32,000 bases of DNA from Candidatus Iainarchaeum sp. (GTDB lineage Archaea > Iainarchaeota > Iainarchaeia > Iainarchaeales > DTGL01). The notes below the pieces were generated by a model. It did no database searches. It was not told where the DNA came from and saw only the letters and a list, made by a program, of their open reading frames with translations. Each line of letters begins with the position of its first letter. The stretch's first letter is position 1. The stretch lies in assembly GCA_038736825.1 (NCBI GenBank), contig JAVYME010000002.1, positions 10,783 through 42,782 on the forward strand, given 5' to 3'. A program made the position numbers and the translations under genes. Below are positions 1 to 7,037 of this stretch, one piece after another.

Positions 1-660
1 AGAAAAATACGGTTGTGTGCTGGCTGGATTGAATGGTTGTGAGGCAGGACAAATTGCACCATTGCAAAGAATTGCATTATAGTCTTCATCGTACTGGTAA
101 ATTGTCACTCCAACATCAATTCTTTTAATTCGCGAAAAATCAAATCCAGAGCAGCGCCCGCTCTTGGATTCTGCAAAAACTGCACTTTGTTTGCTTAAAG
201 CGAATTCATAACAAAAGGGCTCCAGCAAGAAATGGAATGTGTTCGCATTGCCACCCCATTCCTCGTTCTTGATGGTGTTAATGTCCACATCCAATCCAGC
301 ATAGGTTGTTGCATAGCTTTTGTCCTCAAGCATTATTTCTGCAAGGTTTAAAGTGTCAAAATACGTGTTGAAATCCGATTCCCTTAAAGGCAAGCCAAAG
401 TCTGTGCTTGTGGAATGGTTTCCAAAATTATAGTCGAATGGCAGAATCCTTTTCTCGATTTTTGTCGCTTCAGCGCTTTTCTTCAATTCTATCACTGAAT
501 CATTAATGTTTTCAAACAATTCTGAAACACGCAATATTGTTGCCGGAGTGTCAAAATGCTGTTCTGTGGCACGGTTTTCCTGTATTGTGGAATTCAATGC
601 CAGTATGGAAAGAATCATCAAGAAAACCATTGCAGTGAACAAAATGCCTTTTGAATTCAT
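1..660 (-). CDS. Partial ORF (N-terminal 220 codons; the C-terminus lies beyond the window start). Membrane-anchored, weakly pilin-like hypothetical protein and last visible gene of the pilin-like operon.
   Basis: I translated the reverse strand by hand from the ATG (complement of 658-660). It stays open for all 220 codons down to position 1: MNSKGILFTAMVFLMILSILALNSTIQENRATEQHFDTPATILRVSELFENINDSV... It has a short K-G leader followed by a hydrophobic helix of about 18 residues. It lies on the same strand as the 779-aa ORF, 15 nt after that ORF's stop. It is absent from the supplied ORF track, presumably because it runs off the window. Confidence 0.6.
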   Translation of the reverse strand, partial: MNSKGILFTAMVFLMILSILALNSTIQENRATEQHFDTPATILRVSELFENINDSVIELKKSAEATKIEKRILPFDYNFGNHSTSTDFGLPLRESDFNTYFDTLNLAEIMLEDKSYATTYAGLDVDINTIKNEEWGGNANTFHFLLEPFCYEFALSKQSAVFAESKSGRCSGFDFSRIKRIDVGVTIYQYDEDYNAILCNGAICPASQPFNPASTQPYFS

Positions 661-675
661 TTTTTCACTTTAAAG

Positions 676-3015
676 CTATTTTCTCCAAACCCAAGCAGTT
701 AACTTATAATATTCCACTCTTGTCCCGCTATGGCATAAAATTTTGGCAATGTTTCCCCGCGGGCACTCTTTTATGTTGCCATTCGGGTTAATTACTGCAA
801 TAATCCAGCCCTCTTTTGAAAGCGGTTGATCGTAAAACAGTTTGAAAGCATTCACATCCAATAAAGGAACATTAATAGTCAAAAGCTTGTTCACTGGATC
901 AATTGTTGCACCATCAGGGCTCCAATAAAAGTCTATTGTTGTTGCCCCTGCATTCAGCAACCCAGTGTTTTTAGCATTCAAATCCAAAAACAAGCTGTTA
1001 ACAGCAACCAAATAACCATTAACAATTGCAACTTGAAGGTCACGGAACTTCAATATTATGGTTTTTTTGTCAGGCCAAATAATGGGGGTTTTGCTTATTC
1101 CATTTTCGTCTTTATAATAGAAAGCACTGTTTTCTCCTGGAATCTTGAAACTGCTAGTATTGCAAGCAGTGTCCATGTTGCAATCGTACTGGACAATGAA
1201 GTGGTTAAGCCATTCTTCGTTGGTTGAAAGGTGTGCTTTCGAATATTTCAAGAATTCCTTGCCTGAATCCACTTCAAAAGTGCCGCCATTGCTGTCCAAA
1301 ACCCTGGCTCCAGCTGGCAATTCAACCCTAATGCTTACATCATAAGCCTCCTTTTGCTTTTTCAAAAGATAACCAATCTGGTAGCCAATATCTTCGTAAA
1401 CTTGAGAGAGCAAAGTGAAATCTGAAAGATAATAATATTTTCCGCCAGTTATATCGGCCATTTCTTGCATTTTTGAAAGATTGTCAGAGGATCCAAATCC
1501 AATTGAGTAAATCACAATATTATTGTCCTTGCAAATATGTGCTTCTGGAATTGGCTCGTGTTGTGGGTCTTCTGTTTGCATATTGCTAATCAAAACAATT
1601 GCTTTTACTGAACCACTTTGGGCTCGTGATGATGTCAGTTCAAGTCGGCCCTCGTAAAGGGCAGAGCCAGTCTCGCTTTGTCCCCCCACCACTATGTCAT
1701 CAATTCCTTTTTTTATCAAAAACCGGTTTGCATCACTGGCAACCATTAATTTTAGGTCAGTATTGACGTCTTGGTTGAATGAAAACATTGCCAGTTGGTC
1801 ATAGTTTGCATCCCACATTTGATGGTTAATGAAAGATTTTGATGCTTTTTTTAGCAGGTCTTCGATTTTGGCTTTTCCTTTATAGACAAGATTCAAGTCA
1901 TAATTGATATTTTCATCACTCCACCCCTGTATTCTCCAAAGCCCAGCCCCCGGATTGTTACCAGGGTCAACGGTTATGGGGGATGCCCCCGTTGCACCAT
2001 TGACATTTGGCTTATATGTTCCAGTTGGACTCAAAAGCCTAAGCCTAGGGCTTCCACATGAACCAGCATAACCGGAATAGCTCATTAGAATTTGGAATCC
2101 CAAATCGCTTTCAAACTTTTCAATGTTTATATCATACAGGTTTTGCCAACTGTTAGCATCCGGATTATTGCAATTTCCAGAATAGGTGCCGCCATTAAAT
2201 GAGCCACTTTTTATTACTCCCATGTTTTTGTTATTTTCGTTGCTTTTTAGAGAACCGCTTTTTGTGAGTAGCAAAACAATGTCTGCTTTTTTTCTTCCGC
2301 CTGAAGGAATGAAGGCGTTTAAATCGCATCTTATGTTTTGATCGCATTCTATTTCGCTTGTGTCTGGATCAAACTTTGTTGTGAATTGAATGTTTAAGTC
2401 AGGGCTGCTGCCGTTAAAGTATGCGATTGTTGGTTTTTCTTGAAAGAATGCTAAAACCGGTTTTTTGCTTGTTTTTTTGTCTGCGAATTGCACTGAGCAT
2501 TGCCCTGGAGGTGATTTTTTCACCAAGAAAGTGCTAGTGCTCACGATTTCTTTTCCTTGCGGTATTGTGTTTCCTTTTTCTGGAAACACTATTTTGCTTG
2601 GAAAGCATTCTGTAAAGGTTTTGTTTGGATCCAAAAGGCAGTTTTCTTTGTTTGATTCAAATTTTTCCAGTCGAATGCGTAAGTCAAGGTTTGCCGGCAA
2701 TTCTTTTTTCAAGATTGCGTAAAGCGCGTCCATTTGCGCGTTCTGTTTTAGTGCTGTTTCTTCAAAGCCGAAATTGTTGTCTAAAACGTTTATTACAAAG
2801 CCGTTTTCGTCTAATGCCCTGCGCATGTCTGCAATTAGTTCTTTGGATTCAATTAGTGCAGTATAGGGTTCTTTTTGGTGTGGGTAGATTGCTGCAATTC
2901 CCAAAAAGCCCAGTACGACGAGCAATGCCATTGCTGCTTCAAAGGTGAAGGCATAGCCTTTTGCTTTATCTGAATGTTTTGAATTCGACAATTGCGTTCT
3001 CCCCCTTGAATTCAA
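676..3015 (-). CDS. Large pilin-like surface protein: class III (prepilin-type) signal peptide, split vWA domain and C-terminal CARDB-like beta-sandwich. Putative pilus-associated adhesin.
   Basis: 779-aa ORF. The N-terminus is ...SDKAKG/YAFTFEAAMALLVVLGFLGIAAI, with a charged leader, K-G, and a hydrophobic helix with Glu at +6. vWA signatures: ADIVLLLTKSGSL (beta1/MIDAS loop, aa ~244-256), DQLAMFSFN, GGQSETGSAL, KAIVLISNMQTED, and NNIVIYSIGFGSS..LSKMQEMADITGGKYYYLSD (to aa ~545). The C-terminal ~125 aa (..IAVINPNGNIKECPRGN) resemble the end of a CARDB domain. The ORF-track start is TTG at 3015. An in-frame TTG at 2991, preceded by AGGGGGAG, is a more likely start. Confidence 0.8.
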   Translation of the reverse strand: MNSRGRTQLSNSKHSDKAKGYAFTFEAAMALLVVLGFLGIAAIYPHQKEPYTALIESKELIADMRRALDENGFVINVLDNNFGFEETALKQNAQMDALYAILKKELPANLDLRIRLEKFESNKENCLLDPNKTFTECFPSKIVFPEKGNTIPQGKEIVSTSTFLVKKSPPGQCSVQFADKKTSKKPVLAFFQEKPTIAYFNGSSPDLNIQFTTKFDPDTSEIECDQNIRCDLNAFIPSGGRKKADIVLLLTKSGSLKSNENNKNMGVIKSGSFNGGTYSGNCNNPDANSWQNLYDINIEKFESDLGFQILMSYSGYAGSCGSPRLRLLSPTGTYKPNVNGATGASPITVDPGNNPGAGLWRIQGWSDENINYDLNLVYKGKAKIEDLLKKASKSFINHQMWDANYDQLAMFSFNQDVNTDLKLMVASDANRFLIKKGIDDIVVGGQSETGSALYEGRLELTSSRAQSGSVKAIVLISNMQTEDPQHEPIPEAHICKDNNIVIYSIGFGSSDNLSKMQEMADITGGKYYYLSDFTLLSQVYEDIGYQIGYLLKKQKEAYDVSIRVELPAGARVLDSNGGTFEVDSGKEFLKYSKAHLSTNEEWLNHFIVQYDCNMDTACNTSSFKIPGENSAFYYKDENGISKTPIIWPDKKTIILKFRDLQVAIVNGYLVAVNSLFLDLNAKNTGLLNAGATTIDFYWSPDGATIDPVNKLLTINVPLLDVNAFKLFYDQPLSKEGWIIAVINPNGNIKECPRGNIAKILCHSGTRVEYYKLTAWVWRK

Positions 3016-3454
3016 CCAGTCTTTTTAGCGAGACTGTGTTTTTTTCTGGAGTGGGTGGCACTCCAAGGGTTGTGGTTAAGCCTTGTGATTTGAATTCAAA
3101 GTAAAAGTCATAGCCTTCAAGTTTCATTTTGGTTTTTGCGGTTTGATAGTCTAATGCCAGGAATGCTGCCAGTTTTGTTTCATCTATTGTGTTTTTTTTG
3201 CTGCACAACCCGATTATTTCGACATTGCTTGGATTCCAGTTTTCAGGATAGCCTTTTGTTTTTAATAGTGCGTTTAGTGCTTGCAAGGATTTTGCTTCCA
3301 TTTCGGTTGTTGCAATTGTGCCTGTCGCATTGCGGTAATTGATTGTCCAAATTGTGTTCAGTATTGTGAATGCCAGCAGGAAAACCATTATTCCTATCAA
3401 GAAATCGTAAAACGACACCTGCCCTTTTCTAAAAATTTTATGGCGTGTTTGCAA
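2966..3454 (-). CDS. Pilin-like protein with class III signal peptide
   Basis: 162-aa ORF with a TTG start. The N-terminus MQTRHKIFRKG/QVSFYDFLIGIMVFLLAFTILNTIW has a basic leader, K-G-Q and a hydrophobic helix. It overlaps the upstream gene by 17 nt and the downstream gene by 26-50 nt, so it sits in a tightly coupled operon. Confidence 0.75.
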   Translation of the reverse strand: MQTRHKIFRKGQVSFYDFLIGIMVFLLAFTILNTIWTINYRNATGTIATTEMEAKSLQALNALLKTKGYPENWNPSNVEIIGLCSKKNTIDETKLAAFLALDYQTAKTKMKLEGYDFYFEFKSQGLTTTLGVPPTPEKNTVSLKRLVEFKGENAIVEFKTFR

Positions 3455-3806
3455 TTGTTATCACTCCGTTAAGGTTTTTTGCAGTCACTTTTCCACTGTT
3501 AAGGTTTGCGGGAACGGCTTTTCCAATGAAATCGCAGCGCATTCCCTGCATTAACACGTATCCGTCTCCCACTTGAAAGTTTTTGCTTGCAGTGAATTCT
3601 GCTTTTGAGAATGGTCCTTCAGAGTAAAGCAGTGATAGTGATAATGCGATTTCATTGCATTCATTGGCTGTTTTGTATGCAAAACCTAGTTCTTTTGTGG
3701 TTTCATCCCTTAAAGCGTTTATTACCACTACCAAAACCAGTAATAAGAGCAATACTGCCACTGCTGCGACTGCTTCCAGGGTGAGCTGGGCTTTGTTTTT
3801 TTTCAT
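3438..3806 (-). CDS. Pilin-like protein with class III signal peptide
   Basis: The ORF-track start is GTG at 3809. The adjacent ATG at 3806 forms an ATGA overlap with the upstream stop, so I use it. The N-terminus MKKNKA/QLTLEAVAAVAVLLLLLVLVVVI fits the archaeal QxSxExxxL-type class III signal motif (Q-L-T-L-E). Confidence 0.75.
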   Translation of the reverse strand: MKKNKAQLTLEAVAAVAVLLLLLVLVVVINALRDETTKELGFAYKTANECNEIALSLSLLYSEGPFSKAEFTASKNFQVGDGYVLMQGMRCDFIGKAVPANLNSGKVTAKNLNGVITIANTP

Positions 3807-4207
3807 CACACCACTTCAATGAAGTTCACGTTTTCGTCCACTGCAATGGCTTGCACTTTGTGGTATCCTTTTGTTGAGGGGATTGTGCCTGAAACATTAA
3901 AGTCGAATACTGCAATGGAACTGCTTCCATTGAATTTTATGGTGATTGTTTTGCCTTCTGGTTTGATGCTGGTAATGCCGTCAGGCAAATTGATTTCTGC
4001 AATGAGTGCGCTGCCTGGTCCGAGAGCGTAAACCTTGTCTGCTGTGGCTGTCAAAGTGTTTAGGGCTGTGTTTGCTTGGTCTATTTGCACTGCATTGTTG
4101 TAGGATGGCAGTATGTATGCCAGCATTAGTGCTGTTGCCAAGAGCAGTGTGGCTGCAATTATCATGTATTCCAGGGCTGCTTGCGCCCTGTTAAAAGAGA
4201 GTTCCAT
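3806..4207 (-). CDS. Small pilin-like protein with class III signal peptide; first gene of the operon and candidate major subunit
   Basis: 133-aa ORF. MELSFNRA/QAALEYMIIAATLLLATALMLAYILP matches the QxSxExxxL-type class III signal motif (Q-A-A-L-E-Y-M-I-I). The rest is Ser/Thr/Asn/Ile-rich and looks beta-rich, as pilin globular parts usually do. An AT-rich, TATA-like stretch (ataataatata) and AGGT lie just upstream. Confidence 0.8.
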   Translation of the reverse strand: MELSFNRAQAALEYMIIAATLLLATALMLAYILPSYNNAVQIDQANTALNTLTATADKVYALGPGSALIAEINLPDGITSIKPEGKTITIKFNGSSSIAVFDFNVSGTIPSTKGYHKVQAIAVDENVNFIEVV

Positions 4208-4335
4208 CTTTTTTACCTATATTATTATTTAATGGCTGGATTAAAAATTGTTTTCCTTTTTTTGGTTTTTTTTTTAATAAAAATGTGTTTAAACAGGGAA
4301 TAAATATGTTTTAAGGCTTTTTCAAGCCATTTTTT

Positions 4336-5064
4336 ATGATGGAATTGGCTGGTAGTGCTTTCAAGGAAGAGCTTTTGGAGCGAGTGAGAGAGCTTGAAAG
4401 GAAATTGAAGGAAAAAGAGGCAGAGGTTAGGGCTTTAAGCGAGAAAGCCAAAACTGCTTCCTTGTTTGAGTTTTCTGAAAAGGGTTTAAGGCTTAAATTG
4501 TACCGTTTTCTTTTGAAAAAGTATTCTGCTCTCTTGAATGAAAAGGAAAAGAAAACAATTGGTGAAGTGAAAGCCTTGATTGATGGCTCTGACCTTACAA
4601 TTCAAAGCCTTGTGTCAGAGTTTAAGGGCAATTCTTATGAGTTTGAAAGGGATTTTTTGAGTGCTGCTGAAAAGGCTTTCGAGTTTGTGAAAAAGGAAAT
4701 CGCTTATGTAAAACTCGACTTGGACTTGGATTTTTTCATGTCTCCGCTTGAAATAATGACTGAAAAGGTTGCAGATGACGAGGATAAAGCGATTTTTTTG
4801 TGCTCTATGCTGTTTGCTTTGGGTGATGAAAGCGCAAGCGTTGTGATTGCCGAACTTGATGACCTTTCAACCCATGCTTTTGTGGTTTTAGAATTTGATG
4901 AAAAAGTGTTTTTTTTGGATGCATCGCAAGAGCACGGTTTTTCAGAGTTTTCTGGAACCACAAGCGAAGTATTGAAAAAGTATTCTTTTGAAGGGCACAA
5001 AATCCGAAAGCTTTTATACAAATTCAACCATTTTGAATACAAGTCTTTTGTGGAAGAAGGCTAA
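4336..5064 (+). CDS. Coiled-coil protein with a C-terminal transglutaminase-like (papain-fold Cys-His-Asp) domain
   Basis: 242-aa ORF. The N-terminus is heptad-like and charged (EELLERVRELERKLKEKEAEVRALSEKAK). The C-terminal segment DEDKAIFLCSMLFALGDESASVVIAELDDLSTHAFVVLEFDEKVFFLDAS has Cys, His and Asp in the order and approximate spacing of the transglutaminase-like superfamily core. It is transcribed divergently from the pilin operon. The domain call is by eye only. Confidence 0.7.
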   Translation: MMELAGSAFKEELLERVRELERKLKEKEAEVRALSEKAKTASLFEFSEKGLRLKLYRFLLKKYSALLNEKEKKTIGEVKALIDGSDLTIQSLVSEFKGNSYEFERDFLSAAEKAFEFVKKEIAYVKLDLDLDFFMSPLEIMTEKVADDEDKAIFLCSMLFALGDESASVVIAELDDLSTHAFVVLEFDEKVFFLDASQEHGFSEFSGTTSEVLKKYSFEGHKIRKLLYKFNHFEYKSFVEEG

Positions 5065-5088
5065 ACTTTTCACCAAGTGGTTTTTTTT

Positions 5089-5523
5089 ATGGTTTTAAGA
5101 GTGAAAAAAGAGAAAAGCGCTGGCGCTATAGTTTTCCGGCGCGGGCAAAAAGGAATAGAATTCCTTTTATTGCATTACGGGAAAGGCCACTGGGAGTTTC
5201 CCAAAGGGCATGTTGAGGCAAGAGAGACAGAGATTGAAACGCTTTTGCGTGAACTAGAAGAGGAAACCGGGCTTTTTGATGTAAGGATTTTGCCTGGTTT
5301 CAGGCATGAAATAAAGTATTTTTTCACTGAAAACAGGAAAAGAATTGCCAAAACAGCGGTTTTCTATCTTGCAGAGTGCATTAGTGGAAATGTGCGATTG
5401 TCTTTTGAGCATTCAGAGTTTGAATGGCTTCCTTTTGAGAGTGCATTGAAACGATTGTCTTTTCAAAACACCAAGGAATTGCTGGCAAAAGCCAAAGAGT
5501 TTTTGGACAGGCAAGCACTTTAA
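5089..5523 (+). CDS. Nudix hydrolase (Ap4A-hydrolase-like)
   Basis: The Nudix box is intact: GHWEFPKGHVEARETEIETLLRELEEETGL (GX5EX7REUXEEXGU). The N-terminus, SAGAIVFRR..EFLLLHY, is typical of small Ap4A-type Nudix proteins. The ORF track starts at GTG 5077; ATG 5089 is more plausible. Confidence 0.9.
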   Translation: MVLRVKKEKSAGAIVFRRGQKGIEFLLLHYGKGHWEFPKGHVEARETEIETLLRELEEETGLFDVRILPGFRHEIKYFFTENRKRIAKTAVFYLAECISGNVRLSFEHSEFEWLPFESALKRLSFQNTKELLAKAKEFLDRQAL

Positions 5524-5595
5524 GCTCTTTTCATCAGCACAATCAAAATAAATATTAACCAGTTTTCCTTTTATTTGTCTAAGGGGTTTTTTTGC

Positions 5596-5970
5596 ATGGC
5601 TGGAAAATGGGTTCGCCCAAGGCTTTCTGTTAAAAGAAAAACTGGATTCAAGATTGAAAGAATTGAATTCAGAACGCGTTTTTTTGAAAAGGTTGCGTTT
5701 ATGGGTTGCCCGCACTGGCGCCTTAGGGCTGAATACAGGCAAGGCAATAAGGATTTGAGTTTGAGGGAAGCCAAATCCCTTGCAAGGAAATCTTTTGAAA
5801 AACTTGCTTTAATGGGAATGCAAGCGGAAAAAATAAAGCCAATGTATTTTTTGATTGAAGAGGGCGGTGAAAAGAAAAGTTTTCTGGCAAAACCGGATGT
5901 TGAAAGGTTAAAGGCTTTGCAGGCAAAAGCCAGACAGGACAAGCCAAAAAAGAGAAAGGGAATTAAATGA
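5596..5970 (+). CDS. Small basic hypothetical protein
   Basis: This ORF is Lys/Arg/Glu-rich. ATG 5596 is preceded by AAGGGG 9 nt upstream, whereas the ORF track starts at TTG 5575. Its stop overlaps the galT start (ATGA at 5967-5970), so it is probably co-translated. The overlapping minus-strand ORF 5571-5942 is Ser/Leu/Phe-rich, which is typical antisense composition. Confidence 0.55.
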   Translation: MAGKWVRPRLSVKRKTGFKIERIEFRTRFFEKVAFMGCPHWRLRAEYRQGNKDLSLREAKSLARKSFEKLALMGMQAEKIKPMYFLIEEGGEKKSFLAKPDVERLKALQAKARQDKPKKRKGIK

Positions 5971-7037
5971 ATGAATTGCGCAAGGATTACTTGGTGGAAG
6001 AATGGGTTATTATTGCTTCAGGGCGAAGCAAAAGACCACAGCCTTCAAGTGAAAGCGAGCGCAAAAGCACTCCTTTGGAGAAATGCCCTTTTTGTCCTGG
6101 AAAGGAAAACGAAACCCCTCCTGAAATAATGCGCTTGCCTGTGAGCTCTAAGGGCTGGAGGGTAAGGGTTGTGCCAAACAAGTTCAGTGCAGTTCAAGAC
6201 CATGGAGTGATTGAATCCCTGGGCTTAAAATACCGCTCTCTAAAAACCGCTTTTGGCAAGCACGAAGTAATAATTGAAACCCCAATCCACGACCTGGAAA
6301 TGGCGGATTTTTCCCTTGAAAGAATTAAAGAGGTTTTAAGCGTTTACATTGAAAGAGTCAAAGCCCTTGAAGCAATAAAAGGAGTCGAAGAAGTTTGCTT
6401 GTTCAAAAACCAGGGTTTTTCCGCGGGCGCATCCATAAGCCACACTCACTCGCAAATAATTGCATTGAACAAGGTTTCAGAAAAAACCAAGAGAGAATTG
6501 AAAGCCTTCAATGCAGCCTTTCTTGAATCACAATCCTGCCCTTATTGCGAAATAATCTCTCTTGAAATGGACTCCCAGAGAAGGGTTTACGAAAACCAGT
6601 CTTTTGCCTGCTTTACGCCCTTTGCACCCCGTGCTGGCTATCAATTGCTGGTTTTCCCAAAAAAGCACTCCAGGCATTTTTCAGAAATGGGGGAAAAGGA
6701 AAAAGCAGACTTGGCAGAAATACTGAAAAAAGCGCTTTCAGCAATAAAAACCCTTGGCGCAGACTTCAACATGGTTTTCAGGAACGCAGTGCCTTCAGCC
6801 AGAGAATACCACTGGCACATTTCCATAATGCCTCGCTTGCTTGTGCGCGCTGGCTTTGAAGAAGGCACAGACTGCATAATAAACATTTACTCTCCAGAGG
6901 AAAGCGCTGCATTCTATCGCGAAGAATTTGCAAAACCATTAAAGGAGGCAAAAACAGAGGAATTAAAAGAACAACCGGAAACAGGGGATTTCTACTTAAA
7001 ATTAAACCTTTCCTTTGAACCGGGAGAACAAAAATGA
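5967..7037 (+). CDS. galT: Galactose-1-phosphate uridylyltransferase family protein (HIT superfamily; could act as an NDP-hexose:hexose-1-P nucleotidyltransferase or phosphorylase)
   Basis: It has the zinc-site motif CPFCPGKENETPPE and the HxHxQ active-site motif SISHTHSQIIAL. Its length, apart from a charged C-terminal tail, is typical of the GalT family. Confidence 0.88.
   Translation: MNELRKDYLVEEWVIIASGRSKRPQPSSESERKSTPLEKCPFCPGKENETPPEIMRLPVSSKGWRVRVVPNKFSAVQDHGVIESLGLKYRSLKTAFGKHEVIIETPIHDLEMADFSLERIKEVLSVYIERVKALEAIKGVEEVCLFKNQGFSAGASISHTHSQIIALNKVSEKTKRELKAFNAAFLESQSCPYCEIISLEMDSQRRVYENQSFACFTPFAPRAGYQLLVFPKKHSRHFSEMGEKEKADLAEILKKALSAIKTLGADFNMVFRNAVPSAREYHWHISIMPRLLVRAGFEEGTDCIINIYSPEESAAFYREEFAKPLKEAKTEELKEQPETGDFYLKLNLSFEPGEQK

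Noticed and set aside
5571-5947. Minus-strand ORFs (123 and 74 aa) overlapping the small basic + strand ORF.
   Set aside because: Their Ser/Leu/Phe/Cys-rich composition is typical of the antisense of a Lys/Glu/Arg-rich gene. The + strand ORF has an SD-like AAGGGG and an ATGA overlap with galT.
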